From Alphaproteobacteria bacterium (GTDB lineage Bacteria > Pseudomonadota > Alphaproteobacteria > UBA828), in assembly GCA_965237415.1 (NCBI GenBank), contig CBDEFM010000002.1, positions 128,001 to 192,000 on the forward strand: 64,000 bases of DNA, given 5' to 3'. The notes under the pieces were generated by a model. It worked only from the letters and a program-made list of their open reading frames with translations, had not been told where the DNA came from and ran no database searches. A program made the position numbers and the translations under genes. This document shows, in pieces, positions 39,766 to 51,800 of this stretch (its first letter is position 1; each line of letters opens with the position of its first letter).

Positions 39766-39903
39766 GTACGGTTGCGACATCACGGTAGCTGACACTACGC
39801 TGCGAATCGGAGTAATATACTGCGACCGTCGCGCAAACCAAATGGACAGAGATTGGTTGGTGACGAAAGTCCGAGACCAACACGGGCGGTTTAGGATGAA
39901 GCC

Positions 39904-40851
39904 ATGAGTGCTCCAAGAGCCTTTATTTCTTACTCGTGGGACGACGATTCACACAAGCAGTGGGTCGCCGACTTAGCTACTGATCTTCGCAATGATGGTG
40001 TGGATGCCAAATTAGATCAATGGCATGCAGTTCCAGGCGATCAGCTGCCGGTCTTTATGGAAAGAGAAATTCGAGAGAACGATTATGTTCTAATTGTTTG
40101 CACACCCAACTATCGCTTGAAATCCGATGCCAGAAAGGGAGGTGTCGGCTACGAGGGCGACATAATGACCGCTGAGGTTCATACTCAGGGAAATCACCGG
40201 AAGTTTATTCCGGTTCTTGCGAGAGGGACATGGGAAGAATCTGCTCCGTCGTGGTTGAAGGGAAAGTATTACGTTGATCTGAGCAACGAAGCGAATTATG
40301 GGACCAATTACTCAGGCCTTACGGCTACACTGCTCAATCGAAGACCAACTGCTCCGCCGGTACGAACGCTGCCGACACCGTCCGCACGGCCCGCACGGCC
40401 CATACCAACGCACATGGAAAGCGAGAGCAAGGCCATCGCAGATGAGCCAATCAAGATTATTGGTGTCATCGTCGATGAAGTTACTGTGCCGAAGCTGAAT
40501 AATACACCCGGCTCGGCACTCTATGCTGTACCACTTCGTCTTAGCCGGGCACCTTCACAGTTATGGTCCAATATATTCGTGCAGACGTGGAATTGTCCTC
40601 CTAGCTTAACCACTAAACACCGCCCCGGAATTGCTAGCGTGCAAGGCGCGAGGATCATTTTGAACGGCACGACAATAGACGAGATTAGGAAATATCATCG
40701 CACCACTCTAATATCTTGCATCAACGCCGCGAACAGAAGGGAACGAGAGATCCATGAGATCCAGCGCCAAGAGAACGAGTCGTTATCCCGCAAAATAGCC
40801 TCTCATCGCAAGGAAGTGGAGGACGTAGCAGCGGACTTATCTTTCGACTAG
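39904..40851 (+). CDS. TIR/SEFIR-domain protein with uncharacterised C-terminal domain, AT-rich
   Basis: AFISYSWD..HKQWV..LA..LR..GVDA.LDQW...PG...FME; VLIVCTPNY; GGVGYE. Confidence 0.88.
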   Translation: MSAPRAFISYSWDDDSHKQWVADLATDLRNDGVDAKLDQWHAVPGDQLPVFMEREIRENDYVLIVCTPNYRLKSDARKGGVGYEGDIMTAEVHTQGNHRKFIPVLARGTWEESAPSWLKGKYYVDLSNEANYGTNYSGLTATLLNRRPTAPPVRTLPTPSARPARPIPTHMESESKAIADEPIKIIGVIVDEVTVPKLNNTPGSALYAVPLRLSRAPSQLWSNIFVQTWNCPPSLTTKHRPGIASVQGARIILNGTTIDEIRKYHRTTLISCINAANRREREIHEIQRQENESLSRKIASHRKEVEDVAADLSFD

Positions 40852-41047
40852 CGTCTTGCTTTTAGACAACAAATATAGGCGGTGCAGACGTAGTCCACTT
40901 TAGGCGCAAGTTGCGACTCTCCGCTATCACCTCCCTTTGCTCCGACAACATTGGTCCCCGACTTGGTGACCGCCTAACCACACTGTGTCGCCGGTAGTGT
41001 GCTATGGTCACCGGTAACACCAATATGGCGATAGGGAAGCGGAAGGT

Positions 41048-42223
41048 GTGATGACCTCCAACCGGATGCCTGGCCTGGATTTCGGGCTCGGCGAGACGGC
41101 GGACATGATCCGCAGCTCGGTCGAGAGCTTCGCGCAGGCTGAGATTGCGCCGCGGGCGGAGGAGATCGACGCGAGCAACGAGTTCCCGCGCGACCTCTGG
41201 CCGCGGCTCGGCGATCTCGGGCTTCTCGGCATCACCGTGGATGAGGAGGAAGGCGGCAGCGGGCTCGGCTATCTGGAGCATTGCGTCGCCATGGAGGAAG
41301 TGAGCCGGGCGTCGGCCTCGGTCGGGCTCAGCTACGGCGCGCACTCCAACCTCTGCGTCAACCAGATCAAGCTGAACGGCACCCCCGCCCAGCGCGCCCG
41401 CTACCTGCCCAAGCTGATCTCGGGCGAGCACGTCGGCGCGCTCGCCATGAGCGAGCCGGGCGCGGGCTCGGACGTGGTGGGCATGCGCACGCGGGCCGAA
41501 CGCCGGGGCGATCGCTACGTCCTCAACGGGTCCAAGATGTGGATCACCAACGGGCCGGACGCCGAGGTCCTCGTGGTCTACGCCAAGACCGACCCCGACG
41601 CCGGCAGCCGGGGCATCACCGCCTTCCTCATCGAGAAGGGCATGCCCGGCTTCTCGACGGCCCAAAAGCTCGACAAGCTCGGCATGCGCGGCTCAAACAC
41701 CTCAGAATTGGTGTTCGAGGACTGCGAGGTGCCGGCGGAGAACGTGATCGGCGAGCCGGGCCAGGGCGTGCAAGTGCTGATGAGCGGGCTCGACTACGAG
41801 CGCACGGTGCTCGCCGCCGGCCCCTTGGGCATCATGCGGTCCTGCATGGACATCGTGCTGCCCTACGTCCACCAGCGCCAGCAGTTCGGCCGGCCCATCG
41901 GCACCTTCCAGCTCATGCAGGGCAAGCTCGCGGACATGTACACGGCGATGAACGCGGCGCGGGCTTACGTCTACGCCGTGGCGCGCGCGTGCGATCGCGG
42001 CGAGACCAGCCGCAAGGACGCCGCCGGTGCCATCCTCTTCGCCGCCGAGAAGGCCACCTGGATGGCGCTGGAGGCGATCCAGGCCCTGGGCGGCAACGGC
42101 TACGTCAACGAGTTCGCCACCGGGCGGCTGCTGCGCGACGCCAAGCTCTACGAGATCGGCGCCGGCACCAGCGAGATCCGCCGCATGCTCATCGGCCGCG
42201 AGCTCTTCGACGAGACGGAGTGA
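41048..42223 (+). CDS. ivd: isovaleryl-CoA dehydrogenase
   Basis: [50 protein letters not shown]. Confidence 0.95.
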   Translation: MMTSNRMPGLDFGLGETADMIRSSVESFAQAEIAPRAEEIDASNEFPRDLWPRLGDLGLLGITVDEEEGGSGLGYLEHCVAMEEVSRASASVGLSYGAHSNLCVNQIKLNGTPAQRARYLPKLISGEHVGALAMSEPGAGSDVVGMRTRAERRGDRYVLNGSKMWITNGPDAEVLVVYAKTDPDAGSRGITAFLIEKGMPGFSTAQKLDKLGMRGSNTSELVFEDCEVPAENVIGEPGQGVQVLMSGLDYERTVLAAGPLGIMRSCMDIVLPYVHQRQQFGRPIGTFQLMQGKLADMYTAMNAARAYVYAVARACDRGETSRKDAAGAILFAAEKATWMALEAIQALGGNGYVNEFATGRLLRDAKLYEIGAGTSEIRRMLIGRELFDETE

Positions 42224-42258
42224 CCGCGCGCGGGCGCTGACAGGATCGAACGCGCGCC

Positions 42259-42395
42259 CTCCACCCTACCGGGCCGCAGGCCCGGACGACGCGACTGCGC
42301 CGCGCGCGTATGCGCGTAGGCAAGCGAGCGTCGCGCGTATACACGCGCGCGGGAGCACGTTACTCGCGCCCGCCGTTGAGGGATATGAACGAGTC
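42259..42395. repeat. 137-bp dispersed repeat, copy 2
   Basis: Reverse complement of 28612-28748. Confidence 0.92.
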
Positions 42396-42402
42396 TAGGC
42401 GC

Positions 42403-42429
42403 AGCGTTACCCATGCTTCCGGTTGCACA
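42403..42429 (+). mobile_element. solo IS481 right end
   Basis: AGCGTTACCCATGCTTCCGGTTGCACA versus AGCGTTACCTATGCTTCCGGTTGCACA at 39470-39496 (1 mismatch in 27). Confidence 0.85.
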
Positions 42430-42487
42430 CTTCGGGGCGCTTGCCGGCGGTTGCGGTGCTTCCTATCGTGTCGTAGAGCATCCCTCA

Positions 42488-42575
42488 GCCCGCGTGGCGG
42501 AATTTGGTAGACGCAACGGACTTAAAATCCGTTGGCCCTAGGGCCGTCCCGGTTCGAGTCCGGGCGCGGGCACCA
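42488..42575 (+). tRNA. tRNA-Leu(UAA)
   Basis: Acceptor GCCCGCG/CGCGGGC-A-CCA; anticodon arm ACGGA-CTTAAAA-TCCGT; long variable arm; GGTTCGAGTCC T-arm. Confidence 0.97.
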
Positions 42576-42664
42576 AGCAGATCGATGAGTCAGGGAGGGA
42601 AGGGGGAGTGCCGGCATCGGGCGCGGCGCCTATCGGCTCCCTCGCGTCGTAATCCGAGGCCTGA

Positions 42665-43537
42665 TTGAGCGATCCCTCCGATAGCTATTCCCAGCACGCG
42701 GCTCTCTTCACCCGGGTCTACGATCTCGGGGACCCGAGCCCCTACTTCTCCACGTTGAGGCCGACCGGTTACCGAATGCCGGTGGCGTTGGCCGGGGCGC
42801 TGGAGGCAATCCATGCGCCGCTCGGTGCCGTGCGCGGCGCCGGGCATAGCCCGAGGCTGCTGGACTTCGCCTGCGGTTACGGAGCCATCGGCGCGTTGTT
42901 GCGCCATGACGTCTCGATGGCGGAGATCTATGCCCGGTACGGCGAGCGGCAGTGGCGGCCGGACGATGGCCGGCGTTATTGGGAGGCGGACGCCGCGTTC
43001 TTCGCTGCCCGGCGGGCGGAACGGGCGGCGTTCGAGATCGCCGGTATCGACATTGCCGGAAACGCGCTCGATTACGCGTCCGCCCTGGGCTTTGTCGATC
43101 GAGCCTTTCACGAGAATCTCGTGGACGATGCTCCCAGCGATGGGCTGAAGCGCTTCCTTCATGGTGTGGACTTGGTCGTCGAAAGCGGCGCTCTGGGGGC
43201 GATGCTGCCGGTCGCGTTCGCGCGCGTTTTCGATTGTGTCGGCGACGAAAGGCCGCCCTGGTTTCTCTACAGCCCTCGTCCCGATGTGAATTGGACCGCG
43301 CTGAACGGGTTGTGGGCCGAACGGGAGTATCGCACGGAAAGCTTCTGCTCCCGGCCGGTCCGCTACCGCAAGCCGTTGGACGCGCAGGAGCGGGCGGACA
43401 TGCTTCGCCGCTCCCGAGGGTTCGGCAAGCCGGACGAGGCCATCATGCGCGACGGATATTTTCTGGTCGACCTGACGCTGGCGAGACCCGAGGCCGATGC
43501 CGGCAACCCGCCGATCGTGCAGTTGCGGGGACGCTAG
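42665..43537 (+). CDS. class I SAM-dependent methyltransferase-like protein
   Basis: LLDFACGYG motif I, GIDIAGNALDYA; TTG start uncertain. Confidence 0.7.
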   Translation: MSDPSDSYSQHAALFTRVYDLGDPSPYFSTLRPTGYRMPVALAGALEAIHAPLGAVRGAGHSPRLLDFACGYGAIGALLRHDVSMAEIYARYGERQWRPDDGRRYWEADAAFFAARRAERAAFEIAGIDIAGNALDYASALGFVDRAFHENLVDDAPSDGLKRFLHGVDLVVESGALGAMLPVAFARVFDCVGDERPPWFLYSPRPDVNWTALNGLWAEREYRTESFCSRPVRYRKPLDAQERADMLRRSRGFGKPDEAIMRDGYFLVDLTLARPEADAGNPPIVQLRGR

Positions 43538-43778
43538 GCCTCTCCCTCCCAACTCTCCGGATCATGGTGCGCTGCACGGCGCGCGGTCCTTCCGTCAGGA
43601 TTGCGACATGAAGCGCAAGAGCGAGCGGACCACGGCAGGCGGGATGAGCGGGCGTGAGCGACCCGATTCCGCGCGCACGATGCTATCTGGCGCGCCCGCG
43701 ACCGTTCAGGCGCAGGCGACCCGGGCGTGCAAGACGCAATTTTCCGCGCGTACGACCCTTCGGGCGTGCGCGACTTGT

Positions 43779-43831
43779 CCCGTGGAATCCCACTTATCCC
43801 ACTTAATCCCGGCGAATCCCGCCTCAAGAAT
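43779..43831. repeat. GGGAT-phased about 52-bp repeat, inverted copy of 37736-37787
   Basis: Reverse complement ATTCTTGAGGCGGGATTCGCCGGGATTAAGTGGGATAAGTGGGATTCCACGGG. Confidence 0.9.
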
Positions 43832-43863
43832 AGTTTGTGTTTTGTGCGGGACGCGCGCGGGGC

Positions 43864-43945
43864 CGCGTGATGTGAAGGACGCGCGGGGGCGCGTAATATG
43901 AAGGACGCGCGGCGGCGCGTAATATGAAGGACGCGCGGCGGCGCG
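43864..43945. repeat. 26-bp tandem repeat x3
   Basis: CGCGTAATATGAAGGACGCGCGGCGG; first unit slightly divergent. Confidence 0.92.
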
Positions 43946-44003
43946 CGATGCCGGACACAAGTCGCGCTTGAGGCCGAAGCCCCGTTGCCGACGGGCGCCG
44001 GGC

Positions 44004-47600
<3,597 letters not shown>

Positions 47601-47762
47601 CGGCGCCGCCCTGCGACCCCAGCGATCGATTCCGCCCCCATCGACCACAAAGCGGCGCGCTTGTCCAACCGCCGCGGCAGCCGCTGTTCACGATGTTGCG
47701 AATTCACGACCGGCGGACGATGACGTACGATGCATCCGCTCCGGCACCTTGGAGGGAGAGCC

Positions 47763-48611
47763 ATGGCCGCGCGGCTCGTCGACCGGACGGTCGGGATCGG
47801 GGACGGCATCGATCTGCATTATATGGAGGCCGGCGCCGGCAGGCCGCTGATCATCATCCCCTCATGGTCGCTGACCGGCGCGGCCTATCGGCACCAGCTT
47901 CAGGAGCTGTCGCGAACGCGTCGCGTGATGGCGTTCGACATGCGCGGCCACGGCGACTCGACCACCCCGGCGGGCGGCTACCGCGTGAGCCGGCTCGCCG
48001 CCGATCTCCGTGCCGTCATCGAGCGGCTGGAGCTCGACCAGGTCGATCTCATGGGCCACTCGATCGGCTCATCGATCATCTGGAGCTACATCGACCTTTT
48101 CGGCGAGGACCGTCTCGGGCGGCTCGTGTTTGTGGACCAGGCGCCGTCGGTGACCGCGAAGCCCGATTGGTCGGCGGCGGACCGCGTGACTTATGGCTGC
48201 CTGTTGCCCGACCTCGATGCGCTCGCCGAGTTCTACCTGCAGGTGCTGGCCGCCGAGACCGCCGAGGCGACCGTGCCGGTGATCGCCCGCCTCTTCTCGC
48301 CGTCGCTGCCGGCAGCCGAGTTGCTCTGGTTCGCGCGGGAGATCTGCAAGCTGCCGCGCCGGCACGCGGCGGACCTGCTCTACGACCACTGTGGGCTCGA
48401 CTGGCGCGACGTGATCAAGCGGGTGCGGCGGCCGACTCTGGTGGTGGGCGCGGAGGCGAGCATCTTCTCGGCGGAGTCGCAGCGCTGGATCGCGGCGCAG
48501 ATCCCCGGTGCCGAGGTCGAGATCTTCAAGGCCGGCGAGGGCGGCTCGCACTTCATGTGCTACGAGAACCCATCCAAATTCAATGCGCTGGTGGAAGCCT
48601 TCCTCTCCTGA
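47763..48611 (+). CDS. alpha/beta hydrolase
   Basis: DMRGHGDS, GHSIG, GGSHFM. Confidence 0.88.
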   Translation: MAARLVDRTVGIGDGIDLHYMEAGAGRPLIIIPSWSLTGAAYRHQLQELSRTRRVMAFDMRGHGDSTTPAGGYRVSRLAADLRAVIERLELDQVDLMGHSIGSSIIWSYIDLFGEDRLGRLVFVDQAPSVTAKPDWSAADRVTYGCLLPDLDALAEFYLQVLAAETAEATVPVIARLFSPSLPAAELLWFAREICKLPRRHAADLLYDHCGLDWRDVIKRVRRPTLVVGAEASIFSAESQRWIAAQIPGAEVEIFKAGEGGSHFMCYENPSKFNALVEAFLS

Positions 48612-48849
48612 GGCACGGCCTTTCTCCCCCACGTTGTATCCCGCTCGCTCGCTACCCGGCTTATGGCGGCGGTATTGGCACCGGCTGCCGGCCTCGGAAG
48701 CCATCATCGCGCCAATGCCGCCGCCCGGCTTCGCTCCGTTACGCCAGCCGCCAAGCCTGGATTAATAGTTATCATTGTAGTAACATTAGACCGGACCAGT
48801 CACGGAGTAACCGTCATCGGTTCAATATTCAGTTGTTGAGAGGAATATC

Positions 48850-51800
48850 GTGACAAGTAAGATAGAAAAAAGCCCGGAAATTGCGCACCAAGATCGAGTT
48901 GCGCAGGTCTATTTTGGGATGTTGAAGTGGGGCGCAGCAGGCGAGATCCTCCGTCAACGAATCGATTGGATGGCGGATCAGGCGCAGGGTCCGCGAATCC
49001 TGGACGTGGGGTGCAGCGAAGGTGTCTTGGAAATTCTCTTGGCCCGTGAGGGCTTCAACGTCACCGGTGTGGACATCAACGCCGAGGCGCTTGCCTTTGC
49101 CCGAGACCTACTCGCTCAGGAGCCGGAAGAGGTCCGCGCCCGTGTGCGCTTTGTTCACGGCGATCTGGCGCAAGCGCGTTTGCTCGACGATCGCTTCGAT
49201 ACGCTGGTGATGGGGGAGATTCTGGAGCATTTGGAGGATCCTCAAGAGTTACTGGATCGGAGCCTCGACCTCATTCGCCCGGATGGCCGGGTGATCATCA
49301 CGACACCCTTCGGGTATCATCCCGACGAAGATCATCGACAGACATTCTGTCTCTCAGATTTCATCGCGCTCGCAAAACCTCGTTGCGCTCTGGAGTATCT
49401 TCGAGTGGAAGGCGGCTACATACGCATGGTTGGCCGCGTCTCCAGTTCAACAGAGAGTTCCTGGCAGCAGCTCGACAGCGATCAGCTGCTCAGCATGACC
49501 GAGGCTGCGTCGGTGTCCTCTCAGCAGCGATTGTACGGCAATATCAGCGGGCACAAGAGGCGCGTGAGTTCGCTTGAGCAGCGGGTCAAAGAGGGTGATG
49601 ACAGGGCAGCGAAATTACAGAAGGATGTAAAGGAAGAAAGTAGCAAGGCAACTAGGCTATGGCAAGAAGTGGAGGAACGAAAGAGCAGGGAAGCTAAGCT
49701 ATGGCAAGAAGTAGAGAACCGAAAGGCCAAGGCATCTGAGCTGCGGCAAGAACTCGATGCGGGAAAGGCCAAGACAGCTGAGCTGCAGCAAGAACTCGAT
49801 GCGGGAAAGGCCAAGACAGCTGAGCTGCTGCAAGAACTCGATGCGGGAAGGGCCAAGACAGCTGAGCTGCTGCAAGAACTCGATACGGGGAAGGCCAAGA
49901 CAGCTGAGCTGCAGCAAGAACTCGATGCGGAAAGGGCCAAGACAGCTGAGCTGCTGCAAGAACTCGATGCGGGGAAGGCCAAGACAGCTGAGCTGCTGCA
50001 AGAACTCGATGCGGAAAGGGCCAAGACAGCTGAGCTGCAGCAAGAACTCGATGCGGAAAGGGCCAAGACAGCTGAGCTGCTGCAAGAACTCGATACGGGG
50101 AAGGCCAAGACAGCTGAGCTGCTGCAAGAACTCGATGCGGAAAGGGTCAAGACAGCTGAGCTGCAGCAAGAGCTCGATGCGGAAAGGGCCAAGACAGCTG
50201 AGCTGCTGCAAGAACTGGATGCGGAAAGGGTCAAGACAGCTGAGCTGCTGCAAGAACTCGATGCGGGGAAGGCCAAGACAGCTGAGCTGCTGCAAGAACT
50301 CGATGCGGGAAAGGCCAAGGCATCTAAATTGCAGCGAGAGCTTAAGAAGGCAAGAGAAGGGGAGGTCAAACTAAGGCGAAGCATTCGATGGCAGTTGGGA
50401 ACATTATTCGTCGAGGCGGCCCGTCGTCCATGGCGGGTAGTTCGACTGCCGCTCGACCTGACTCGGCTCGCTGTGGTCGCCTTCAGACGACGTTACAACG
50501 TATCCAGCAACAACGTCTCTACGCGTAACCCTTCCCATCCGTCACCCCCGATGACCAAGAATCGGGGAAACATGCGTGAGGCGCTGGCTCGTCCCGGTGG
50601 CCGCACGGAAGTGCCAACGGCAACAAGTCTGCTGTCAGCCGGTTCATCCAGCGAACAGATGGTCGATTGGATCACGGACCAAGTAGAAGGCCACAGAGTC
50701 GCGGTGGTTGGATGCGACAACACAGCATTGCTCGAATCACTGGATCAGCTGCGTTTCAATGTGCGTACCTACCAACTCGATTCCTCGGTCTCGGAACCGG
50801 TTTTGGTTAAGGGCGAAGTTGGCGATGGGTCTCAAGAGGAGCCAGGTCGTAGTTTGGTAACAGATTTCTTAATCCCCGAAGCGGAGAGAGCAGTTGGCTC
50901 ATCCGGCGAGGCAGATAGTGTAATCATATGTGAAATGCCACGAGCCGGAACGGAGCCCGAGGCAATGCTCAACTACGCACGAGATCGCCTATCGCAACCT
51001 GAAGCTAAGGTGATTATCGTTCAGCCACGGTTTAACGCCTTTCCACGAGATGGAAAGGATTCCGACCTGACATCGCTTTTGACGGCGCTGAGAACGTCCA
51101 CCGTTCCCGAGTACCTCTCGCTCGCCAACGGCAGCCTCCACTTTGTCGGCCGATTCGGCCGACCGAGTGCGGAAGTATGGTCGCAGTTTGAGTCCGGGGC
51201 ATGGCCGAAGGTGACCAATGAGGTCGTGGAATCGCTCCAGTGCCGCAAGAGCAGGGAAATCAGCGCTCTCGAGCAGCGCGTGCAGGACGTGCTGGAGAGT
51301 ACATCGTACAGGGCCGGCCAGATCCTGGTAACGTCCGCGAAGGAGCCTCGAACGCTGTGGAAGGCTCCTCTTCGACTGTGGCAACTATATCGCTCATCAT
51401 GGGCACGCACGCGGCAGAGTAATGTCGGGCCTTCGCCCTCTGGTTTAACGCCTACCATAGACATACCCGCCTTGAAGACACCCCCAACGCGGAGCGAGGG
51501 AGCTCCGGTTGTGGCGGCTATACTGGACACCTTTACGGAATATTGCTTGCGCTATGAAGCAGATCTTGTTCTTTTGACCCCGAAACAGTGGAAGCGGCAA
51601 CTGGAGCGGGCGCAACCGACATTTCTTCTAGTGGAATCGGCCTGGTCGGGAAACAACGGCGAATGGCGCTACTTGCTCACCAACTACAAGAGCCGGGACG
51701 TCAATCCTCTACGCGACTTGGTCAAGCACTGCCGCGAACACGGACTCACAACTGTGTTCTGGAACAAAGAAGACCCCCCAAATTTCGATGTCTTTATAGA

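Noticed and set aside
43864-43945. 26-bp repeats as a mini-CRISPR or iterons
   Set aside because: No spacers and no rep gene; a simple tandem duplication explains them.
42488-43950. tRNA-Leu as an island attachment site, or bldA-like TTA control
   Set aside because: I saw no duplicated tRNA 3' end or adjacent integrase; a Leu(UAA) tRNA is an ordinary component.
48760-48780. Fur-box-like AATAGTTATCATT upstream of the giant GT
   Set aside because: A partial match in AT-rich DNA with no iron-related context.
49723-50310. Possible CRISPR array
   Set aside because: The units are contiguous with no unique spacers and are in frame in a CDS; no cas genes are present.
49521-50384. Ser/Cys-rich ORFs in other frames of the 42-bp array
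   Set aside because: By-products of a stop-free tandem repeat.
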